64,000 bases of DNA from Basidiobolus meristosporus CBS 931.73. Taxonomy: Eukaryota; Fungi; Basidiobolomycota. Below the pieces are notes generated by a model. That model searched no databases. It saw only the letters and a program-made list of their open reading frames with translations, and had not been told where the DNA came from. Below are positions 23,901-35,900 of the stretch, piece after piece. The stretch covers positions 1 to 64,000 of the forward strand of contig MCFE01000187.1 in the NCBI GenBank assembly GCA_002104905.1, written 5' to 3'. Within the stretch, counting starts at the first letter, position 1; each line of letters begins with the position of its first letter. The position numbers were made by a program, and so were the translations under genes.

Positions 23901-26900
23901 TATCACCTTTATTTGACACTATCCTCAATTACAAATATGATTCAATGAAGCCTAACCATGCATTGGAAAATGATAAGCTAAGACTTGTTCCACTACACGG
24001 AAAAGAGGCAACTGAGGTAAACATAGATAGAACTATGCATATAGGGAGATGGCTACTAATATTCTACTATCCGATACTGTAGTATCCACTATCGTTAAAC
24101 GTATACGTGAGCAACAATGAAATTTTGTTCAGCTTAGATGCGGTCGGCGATTTAGTTTCCTACTACTTTGTTGAGCAAATCGCCAACAGCTTTACATCCG
24201 TGTTTGAGTCATTTATTGCTTTACCTTCAAACACACAGCTTCAACATATTCCCATACCACTAGAGAGCACTGCTTCTGCTGCTTATCCTACGGCATCAAA
24301 CGTACCCTCAGAGAATATAGTGTTATGTATACATCACCTCTTCGAGCGACAAGCTAAGCAATCACCTCAAAATTTAGCAGTTCAGTTCGAAAGCTCAGAA
24401 TACGTCAGTTATGATGAACTTAACAGCAGAGCCAACCAGCTAGCCCACCATCTGATTAAGCTTGGAGTTCGCCCTGACTCGATCGTTCCATTATGTCTCG
24501 ACAAGTCGATCTCAATGATCGTGGCAATGCTTGCCGTTCTCAAAGCAGGCGGTGCCTATGTTCCTCTTGATCCGAACAATCCTGTGGAGCGGAACAGATT
24601 CATTATTCAGGAGACAAAGGCGGAGGTGGTGTTGACACTGGGTCAATATACACAGTACTTCGATGAACGATCCCTGGCTTTGCTCGACATTGAAAACCTG
24701 TCGCTGGAACAGTATGACGCCACTAACCCGGAAGTGAGTGGGCTAAATGAGTCGAACCTGTGCTATGTGATCTACACCTCAGGTTCTACAGGGAAACCAA
24801 AGGGAGTAATGATGGAGCATCGCGGAGCATCAAGTTTCATTCAAACATTCAGTCGAGAATGGGGCATTGACTCCACTGATACCGCACTGCATTTCACTAA
24901 TTATACATTCGATCCCTCAGTGATTGAACTATTCTGCTCATTGGCAGTTGGTGCGTCAATCGCAATTGCCTCCAAAGACAGTCTTCTTTCTAATCTAGAG
25001 CTATGTATAAATACCATGAATGTCACGGCAATGGCTCTCACACCGACGGTTATCAATCTGATCGATCCTGTCAAGGTGCCATCAGTTAAGCGACTCGTGT
25101 TAGGTGGCGAAATGATGACCATAGGAATCCGTGACTTATGGTCACCTCATGTTGAACTTTGTAACGCATATGGTCCTACTGAAGCTGCTGTGGCTATTCT
25201 TGCCAACTGGAAGATGACTACCGAAACAGTGTGCACGAACATTGGCAAACCGATTGGAGTCAACACTGTTCTGATGATGGGGGCTAATATGAAGCCGGTA
25301 CCATTTGGTGTGATAGGCGAACTATGCCTCACGGGTCCTCAGCTTGCCCGTGGATACCTCAACAGATGCGACTTGACCGAGAAAGTCTTCGTTTCAAGTC
25401 CTTTCGTGTCCAACGAGCGCATATACCGAACTGGAGACCTGGCTCGGTTCAATGCTGATGGCTCGGTAGAACTGATGGGAAGAATCGACAACCAGATCAA
25501 GATCAATGGTTTGCGAATCGAGCTAGATGAGATCGAGCATGCTCTCCATGACCACTCAAGAGTGGCCAGAGCGTGTGTGATGGCTCTGATCACTGACCAG
25601 AAGACCAGTCGTAAGTCGCTGGTGGCCTTCATGACATTCCAGGGGCTGGAGATGGCTCATGCTGATCCCAAGTTCTTGAGTGAGCTTGAGGCCGAGCCCG
25701 CCTATGAATACATCGAGGAGCTGAAGGTTATTTGCCAGAAGAAATTACCTACATACATGGTCCCCAATCTATGGCTACCGCTCAGCACTATGCCAGTCAA
25801 TACTAGTGGGAAGATTGACCGCCGCAAGTTGTCAGATCTCTTCGTATCCTCGAACCTCGATGAGATCACGAGACTGTCCAAGTGTGGAAACGGACAGTGG
25901 AGACAACTCACAACACCCTTGGAGGTGAAGATCCAGGCGATATGGTCGGAGACGCTGAACATTCCGGCCGCCAGCATCACTGCCGATGACACATTCTATC
26001 AGCTAGGCGGTGACTCCATTTCAGCCATTCGAGTTTCGTCACTCTGTCGTCAGAGTGGGATCTCACTCTCGGTGAAGCAGATCATGCAAAACCCCACCAT
26101 CCGTTCGCTTGCCTCAGTTGCCACCATCCAGGAAGCTGTTGCCGACGAGTCTCCTCAGTGCTCCGATGGCGATGTTATCCTCACGCCAATCCAGAGACGC
26201 TTTCTGGGAGCCCCTCAGGATAACATGCATCACTTCAATCAATCGTGGCTTCTGAAATTACGGGAACCTACGACGAAGGAGGTACTCACCCGAGCAATCT
26301 TTGCCTTGGCAAAGCATCACGACGTGCTTCGTGGTCGATTCCCAGAGACTCAAGGGGAACGGAGGATGACAGTCGTGCCAATGAACGAGGTCTCCTTGCA
26401 AGTCCACCACCGCCAGGTGAGATCAGTTGCAGAGCTGAAGGAGCACACCCATCAGCTGCAACGAAGTCTCAACTTGGCCACTGGACCCATGTTCCATTTC
26501 TCACTGTATGAGCTGGAAGATGAATCCCAGCTACTGTTCATGACCATCCACCATCTAATCGTTGATCTGGTGTCATGGCGCATCATATGGGAGGACTTGG
26601 AGCAGCTGCTTCAGGGCAAGGGATGTGGGTACAAGTCGATGAGCTTCATGCAATGGAGTGCCATGCTCAACGAGTACGCCCAAGAGCTAGAGATTGACAT
26701 GTGGCCGTCTCAGAAGGTTTCTGAGCCGATAGTGAGTGATGCATCTCTCCTGGCACAGAACACATTTGAATCCACCAGATCCGTCTCCTTCACCTTGTTG
26801 GCCACCCAGACCGAAAAGCTCTTTGGCAAGTGTAACCTTCCATTCCAGACCGAAGCGACTGACCTGATGATCTCCTCGCTAGCCATTGCTTACTGCAAGG

Positions 26901-29900
26901 TATTCAATGTAGATAGCATGACCATCGGCATGGAGGGGCACGGAAGAGAGACCTGGCGTGATGGGATTGATGTGTCGAGAACTGTCGGCTGGTTCACCAC
27001 ACTCTACCCATTCGTCGTGGAGATAGCTCATCGCTCGGATCACTTGAGTATTCTGAAGAGAGTCAAGGATCAGCGCAAGCTGATGCCAGGGAATGGTATT
27101 GTCTATGGACTACTCCGGTACTTGAGCAACAAGCCTGACAATCCATTCAGGGATGATGTGATCCAGATTGGGTTCAACTACCTTGGCCGTTTCCAGCAAC
27201 TGGAGAGTAAGAACTCATTCTTTGAGCCGGTCGGAGCTCCTTACAACTTTGATCCGGCGGAAGTTTGTTTCGAGCGTTGCAGGGACCATGTCTTTGACAT
27301 CGTTGCTAATGTTGTTCATGACAGTTTCACAGCTGGAATCACTTACAATCCCAACTTGCACTCGGATGAAATCGTATCGGAATGGCTTTCTGCATGGAAG
27401 GACTCGCTCAACACTTTGATCGACAGTTGTGCCTCAATGGATGATGTGGAGCACACCCGAAGTGATTTCCCGCTAGTGAAATTCAGTGAAGCAGAGTTCG
27501 ACCTGTTCTACAATCAAAACCTGCCAAATATCGGAGTCGAGCGTAATCTCATTGAAGATATTCTACCATGCACCCCGTTGCAGGAAGGACTGATAGCTGG
27601 TATGTTCAAGGATGCCAATTACTACCATGTTCAGCAACAGTTTGAGATTACTGGTGACTTCAACCTGGCCAAGTTCCAAAATACGTGGGAAACCCTTGTT
27701 CGGGATCACGCCATTCTACGCACTGTTTTTGCAGAGTTTTCCACAATTGCATCACGCTTTAACTTCTTGCAGGTTGTGATGAAGCCCTCTAGACTTGACT
27801 GGTCTTTTGTTCACTGCACGCATAATTCTCTGGCGGAAACCATCACTGAAAATCTAGTTGCCGACAAAGCCAAATCCTTTCAGCTAGGTCAACCTAATTT
27901 AAGATTTATCTTGGTGGAAACGGATTTACAACACCGCGTACTCCTCATCAACTGGCACCATGCTATTCTTGATGCCACAGCGTGGGATATTGTACTGAAT
28001 GACTTCTACCATGTATATCATCAAAAAGCTCGTGTGGAAACCTATCCATTCGCGAAGTTTGTGGAGGAACTGTGTAGTAAACCCTCACAAGAACTAGATG
28101 CCGGGAAATCCTACTGGCAGGGTAAACTCTCACAGCTCAGCATTCCCCAATTCCCAAATCTGGGGGTCTCTAAGGACCTTTCTTCCACATTTTGTCGTGT
28201 AGAAGGCTCTATTGAAATCCCAATCAATAGGATTTCACAATTCGCTCAACGTCTTAACGTAACTCCATTTATATTGATCAAAGCAGCTTGGGCAATTCTA
28301 TTGCGGGAGTATACCCGCAGTGAGGATGTGGTCTTCGGGTATGTGATCAACGGAAGAAATGGTGAACTTGAAGGCGTTTCGACTATTGTTGGCCCGTGCA
28401 TCAACACCATTCCTTGTCGCGTGCATTGCGAGAGCGAGGGGAATGTTGTAACATGGCTGCAGGAAATCCATCAGAGCTACATATCCGACCTTTCCTATCA
28501 ACAGAACAGTTTGAGAGATATTCAAGAATGGGTGGGAACATCCCCACTGTTCGACACTATTATTAATTATAGGGTTGGCGACTCGTCTGGGACCGACACT
28601 ACTAATATTCGCAATGAAACGGAAGCAGAAAATGGGATTAAGCTTGTCCCGAAAGTCAGTAATGAAAGAACAGAGGTTGGAAAGGGGATTTATAGTAACT
28701 TGATGCAATCGTGTTACTAATGCAACGTATGGCTAATTCACTCTATCTTATAGTATGCATTAGTATTGAACATCGGCTCAAGCGGCAGTGAATATGTGTT
28801 CATTATCGATGCCAACGGTACACTGATACCACGACAATTTGTGAATCAAATTGCAAATGACTTCAAAACACTTTTTGGAGCCATGGTGCATGCAGTTCCT
28901 GACACCCAGATCAGTGATTTCTGTGTTTCGTTAAGCAAGACCCAAGCTCCCGTGACCAACCCGGCAACTACTTCATCTTGCCTAACGACGACAGATAGGT
29001 GTATTCACCAACTGTTCGAGGAGCAGGCAAAAGTGAATCCTCAGCGCATAGCGATCCAGTTTGAACTCTGTGAGTCTGTCTCTTATGAGGAGCTCAACTG
29101 CAGAGCTAACCAGCTGGCTCATCATTTGATTAAGCTTGGTGTCCGCCCAGAGTCAATGGTGCCCTTGTGCCTTGACAAATCTGTTGAAATGGTAGTGGCA
29201 ATGCTTGCTGTTCTCAAGGCTGGTGGTGCTTATGTTCCCCTTGATCCGAACAATCCAGTCGAGCGCAACAGATTCATCCTTGCTGAGACAAATGCACAGG
29301 TTGTAGTGACACTGGATGTGTACAGATCTACTTTCGATACAGTGACTGTGGTGCTCCTTGACTCCGACCTGGATCGTATTCGCACAAATCCCGAGGATAA
29401 TCCCGAGGTCACTGGCTTGAGTAGCTCGAACCTTTGCTACGTTCTGTTCACCTCTGGCTCAACCGGAACACCGAAGGGAGTGATGCTAGAGCACGCCGCG
29501 GTGGTTAGCTTCATTCACGCAATCCAACAAGAGTACGACTTCAGCCCCAAAGACTCGATACTGCAGTTCGCCAACTACACCTTCGATGCTTCGGTGTTCG
29601 AGATATACGTTCCCCTTGCCATCGGAGCTTCCGTAGCTATGGCACGAAAGGACTACCTACTCACGGATCTTGAGGAATGTATCAGGGAGCTGAGAGCAAC
29701 ATTTTTGATGCTGACCCCTACAATTGCTACTCTGATTGACCCACTTGAGGTCCCATCGGTACGGAACCTGATGTTCATAGGGGAGATGCTGACAACCACT
29801 GCACTGAACAAGTGGTCGCCGTATGTCGACCTGAGCAACGGTTACGGGCCGACTGAGTCGGCAGTCCTGACGACTGTCAACACGCAAATGAGCTCGACTA

Positions 29901-32900
29901 CCTCATGCTCGAATGTCGGCAAGCCAATCGGAAACAATAGGCTCTATGTTCTCGGTGACGACAACTACCCTGTTCCGTTCGGAGTGGTTGGTGAGCTTTG
30001 TGTTGCTGGATCCCAGCTCGCTCGGGGCTATCTGAACAGACCTGATCTGACGGACAGCGCGTTCATCACAAGCCCGTTCGTGTCGGCAGAACGTCTGTAT
30101 AAGACTGGGGACCTTGCTCGATTCAATAGTGACGGATCGGTGGAGCTGGTTGGGAGAAAAGATAACCAGATCAAGATCCATGGGCTGAGAATCGAGTTGG
30201 ATGAAATCGAGCATGCTCTCCATCAGCACTCCAAAGTCGCCAGAGCGTGTATTGTTCCTTTGGTCACTGACAAAGCCACTGATCACAAATCACTGGTTGC
30301 CTTTGTGACTTTCAACGACCTCGCTGACAGCAACTCACCGGTTGGTCTGATCGAGGAAAGTAACGACCAGAAGGTTGTAGAGTACTTCAAGGAGATCAAG
30401 GCACTTCTTCGGAAGAAACTATCTACTTACATGCTGCCTAACATATGGGTTCCTTTGAATAGAATGCCTACCACAACGAGTCAGAAGACAGATCGAAAGA
30501 GCCTAGCTGCACTGTATGCATCCGTGGATAAGGAGGATTTGATGAAGTGGAATCATTCCGACGCCTCTGGCCACGTTGGAGCAAGAACAGCAATGGAGCA
30601 GAGCTGGGTGGAACTCTGGTCGGCGGTTCTCAAGATCTCTCCAGATACGATTGGATCGCACGACTCTTTCTTCAGTCTCGGAGGTGACTCTATCCTAGCC
30701 ATCAGGCTGGTGGGTGTTGCTCATAAGGCTGGGTTCACGCTGACAGTCCATGATCTATATTTACATCCTACTATTGCTGAGCTTGCAATCACTTGTTTCC
30801 CCTTAAGCTCAGCAATTCCGGAAACCATGCCGGTTGAGAAATACTCCCTGCTCAAATTGGATGTTGAACAACTAGACCAAATGATTGAATACGAACTACC
30901 TCAGCATAACATTATGCCTGACGATGTCGTTGACATCTACCCCTGCTCTCCGATGCAAGAGGCACTTGTGGCTCTGAGCCTACAAGACAGCTCGAGCTAT
31001 GTCAGTCAGCTTGTGTACAAGTGCGAAGGCAACGTGGACCTGGAGCGACTTCGCGCCGCCTGGCACTCGGTGATTGAAGCAAACCCCATTCTTCGAACAG
31101 CGATCTTGTTCACCACTAGTGGCTTTGCTCATCTGAATGGCCTACAGGTTGTTCTTCGTAGCAAGAGCATAGAGTGGGATGTTCAGGAGTATGAGGATGC
31201 CACCTCGCTCGAAAACAGCTTGGCTCGAGCTTTGGAAGCTGACAGGTCTAAAGGAGTATCTGTGGGGCAACCACTGACTCGGTTCGCTTTGCTGAAGACC
31301 GCAGGCCCGAATGCATACCTCGTATGGACCATTCATCATGCCTTGTACGATGGCTGGTCTATGAATCACATCGTGTCGGATGTAGTGGCTGCCTATCAAG
31401 GTCATGATTTGCCGGCCAGACCACCGTACAGCATGTACATCAACTACCTGTTAGACACGGACAAGAGTCAAGCCATCAAGTACTGGAAGGAGAACTTGAG
31501 CTCAGCAACTTCAACACATTTAGGTGGCAATTCTCGAACTACTGAAGAGACGCAAATATCATCTGCAATCATTGAGAACATCCAGGCGGACTTCAGTTTA
31601 CTTGCTAGTGAACATAGCCTTACAATAGCTACCGTTGCATATTTAGCCTGGGCCATGGTGCTGAAGTATCATACTGGTAATCCGGACGTAGTGTTTGGAG
31701 TGGTGGACTCAGGTAGGAGCATTCCTCTCCACAACGTTCAAGATATTTGCGGTCCCTGTATCACGACATTGCCCACCCGCATCAATCTCTCAGATACTCA
31801 ATCCCTTTTGGATGCTCTGCGATTGATCCAAAACGCCCAGATTCAGCAACGTCAGTATCAGTCTATCGGGTTGCAGGATATTCTCAGGTATTGCTGTGAC
31901 ACGAGTGAAAGCTCACTCTTCGACACCCTCCTGGTTGTTCAAAATATCAACCAGGAGGGCGATAATGGAGGACTCTCTTCCATCGGCTTGGTGCAGTCTG
32001 TCACGTCTATGCCTATAGACTATCCAATTGTTATGGAGATAAGCTCTGAAGGCACGGATCACACAGTTGCTCTGACGTATAATGCGAAGATCTTGACCGA
32101 GTTTGAAGCATCCTGGATTATGAAGCATTTTGTGGAGGCGATCAAGGCGATTCTCTCCAATGTTCACGCTGCTGTCAAAGATGTCAGGGTTACAACTGCG
32201 GCAGAATTAGAGCTCATCGAGAGTTGGAGTACCGTAAGAAACACTGCATTACAATCTGAGTGCATTCATAGGTTTATTGAGCAACAGGCATTGCTCCACC
32301 CAGAGCATGTTGCAATCCAGTTCGAGGATACTGAATATGTTACTTATGGCGAACTCAACCGCAGAGCTAACCAGCTGGCTCATCATTTGATCAAGCTTGG
32401 TGTCCGTCCTGACTCCATAGTACCTCTCTGTCTTGATAAATCAGTTTCAATGGTAGTGGCAATGCTTGCAGTGCTTAAAGCCGGTGGTGCCTATGTTCCG
32501 CTTGACCCCAACAACCCTGCGGAGCGAAATGAATTCATTCTAAGGGAGACAAATGCTGAAGTCGTTATTACTTTAGATACATACAAGCAGAATTTCGACG
32601 GCCGAACCTGTGTTCTACTTGATTCTGAGGATCTGTCGCTGGTACAGAACTGCATTGATAACCCTCAGGTGATCGGTCTGGAGAATTCTAGCTTATGCTA
32701 TGTAATATATACCTCTGGCTCCACTGGATTGCCCAAGGGAGTGATGATGGAGCACCGAGGTGTTTCAAGCTTCATCCAAGGATTCCAGTACGTATGGAAC
32801 ATCGACGTATCGGACTCAGTCCTACAATTTGCCAATTATACCTTTGATGCATCCGTGATTGAGATATTCTGCGCATTGGCTGCAGGTGCCTGTGTTGCAC

Positions 32901-35900
32901 TTGCTTCCAAGGAGAATCTTCTCTCTAATATTGAGTGGTGCATCAACACCATGAATGTGACTTCACTGATGCTTACACCAACCGTGGCCACCTTAATTGA
33001 TCCTACCAAGGTGCGTTCCGTGAAGCGACTAGTGCTGGGTGGTGAGATGATGACAACGGCAGTCCGTGATTTATGGTCACCTTATGCCAAGCTGTACAAT
33101 GCCTACGGGCCTACTGAGGCTGCGGTGGCTATTTTAGCCAACTGCAACATTACCGAGGATACACTGTGTAGCAATATCGGCAAACCAATTGGAAGCTGCA
33201 AGATCGTGATCCTGGGAACTGATCTACAACCTGTGCCACTGGGCGTGACTGGTGAACTGTGTGTATCAGGTCCCCAGCTCGCTCGTGGCTATCTCAACCG
33301 ACCTGACCTTACGGAAAAGGCATTCGTGACCAGTTGCTCGGAACCTGATATCCGGATCTATCGCACCGGCGATCTGGCACTATTCAATGAGGATGGAACG
33401 GTCAAGATTGTTGGTAGAATCGACAACCAGATCAAGATCAACGGTTTGCGAATCGAGTTGGATGAGATCGAGCACGCTCTTCACGATCACTCAAGAGTGG
33501 CCAGAGCGTGTGTGATGGCACTGACCACTGACACGAAGACTAACCGCAAGTCGTTGGTGGCCTTCTTGGCATTCTACGGTACGGAGAGTATAACTACCAC
33601 TACAGAATTGCTTAAGGGCTCGCAAGCCAAGTCGGCCTCTGTGTACGTAGAGGAATTAAAATTGGCTGTGGGTCAGCGGCTACCATCATATATGATTCCA
33701 AATGTATGGCTACCGCTGAACATCATTCCGATCAACACCAGCGGAAAGGTGGATCGTCGTAAACTAGCCGATATCTTCGCATCTTTCAGTAATGATGACA
33801 TCTCAAAGATAATCATGGATGGAAAGGAGCGTGGCAATGAAGCAGTCACTTCATCAATTGACAGCGCTGGAGAGTCGTGGAACGATTTCGACGAGGTATC
33901 AAAGCCTCAAAATTCCATGCAACGCTTTATTCAAGAAGTCTGGTCCAAGGTGTTGAAAATTCCTCAGAGTAACATCGGCATCAACCACACTTTCCGCTCT
34001 CTGGGCGGGGATTCTATTTTGGCCATTCATGTTTCTTCCGAATGCCGTAAGCACAACATTCAGATCTCAGTACACAGCATGTTGAAAAATCACACCATCA
34101 TCCAACTGGCTGAGAACGCCAAAGTGAAAGCATCAGGAAATCAGATGGAGAACTCGTTGAGCCATGGCGAGGTTCATCTCTCTGCCAATCAACGGATGTT
34201 CTTGGAATTCGAGCAGGAGAACTACAACCACTTCAATCAGAGCTGGCTGTTCAGAATGCAGAACCCAACGAACAAGGCCAGTCTCCAATCGGCAGTTGGA
34301 TACCTCATCCTGAATCATGATATCCTTCGAAGCCGGTTCTCGCGTACACAGAACGAATGGAAGCTACGAGTTCTATCGCCAAAGGAGATGACGTTTGAAG
34401 TCCACCGTATGCAGGTCCAATCGAGAGACGAATTGAAGGCTTCTGTCCATCATCTTCAGCGTAGCCTGGATTTGATATCTGGACCTTTGTTCCAATTCGC
34501 TCTGTACGACTTACAGGATGGCCAACAGCTGATCTTCATGGCCGTCCATCACTTTATCATTGACCTTATGTCCTGGGGCCCTATCTGGGAGGAACTTGAA
34601 CTCCTACTTCGAGGGGAAACCCCCGTTGGCCAGTCCACATCGTATATGCAATGGAACAAAGCACTCTACGATTATGCCCAGACCTTGGAAATGGGGGCAT
34701 GGCCTACACAACCCCAGACGCCACCCATTATCTCGGACACGGAACTGCTGGCTAGAAACACCTTTGAATCCACAAATTCGATCTCTTTCAGACTCGACCC
34801 TTACTTTACGAGATTAGCCGAAACCTCCTGCGGGGCGACTACGAATGTAGAAGTGATCGATCTGTTGATTGCTTCGCTGGCATATTCTTATTGTTGTACA
34901 TTTGAGAGAGACTCTCTTTCAATTACCCTAGAAACCCATGGGCGCCAGCACAGGGATGAGGATGTGGACATTTCGAGGACTGTAGGCTGGTTCACCAATT
35001 TGTATCCGATTGTCGTACAATTGGGTACAAACCAACGTATGGAAGACGCCATTCGTCAAACCATCCTGCAGCATCGTGACATCCGTGGAAACGAGGTAAA
35101 CTACGGTCTTTTGAGGTACATGAACCAAAGAACCGCCTCATTGTTCGAAAAGGAGCCACCGCAAGTTACCCTAGGATACATGCCAAACACGGCAGCCCAT
35201 GGCCACTCTAGCTCCTGCTTACTTCCCATTTCACCTGACTCAGAGTACAAATTCGACCTGGGTGGCATTCCTTCCACATGGAAACGTCATCAAGTCTTCA
35301 ATTGTGCCGCACAGTATGTGGGAGACCAGCTTGAGGCCAGTATCACCTACAGCGAAGCACTCCATTCCAAATTTGAGGTACAGCCCTGGCTCGACCTATG
35401 GGAAACTGAATTGATAGATGCTATCAAGGCCATTTCGCAAGAAGCAACATCACCATGCGAATACTCCCAGCGTTACGTTCTACCATCTGAAAATGGGATT
35501 CTTTCGCCTCCACCGGAAGGGGATTCTTTTGTGAATGACAGCAAGGCGAATGCGGACGACTGCCTGACGTTGATCTCGAAGAACAGTGGCCCGACAATGT
35601 TTATCGTACATTGCGCTACTGGGGTGGGCAGCTACTTCCAGCTTTTGGGTCAATATATGAACTGCACCCTGTATTCCATCAGTGACCCCACTCTTGGAAC
35701 CAATGAATCATTTGACTCGGTGGAGACGATCGCCTCGAGATATCTGAAGGCAATTCTTCAGGTGCAGCCAGATGGGCCCTATTATCTGCACGGGTACTCG
35801 TTTGGTGGTCTGGTCGCCTTCGAGATTGCGCGTCAGCTCGAGCGGCAGGAGCGAGTGGTCGCGAGATTGACCATTATTGACACGCTGGCACCGCATACCG

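Noticed and set aside
24107-28720. Treating the 4376, 1537 and 2493 aa ORFs as three separate NRPS genes or a pseudogene
   Set aside because: Each break falls inside a C domain at the same position, and canonical phase-0 introns restore the frame
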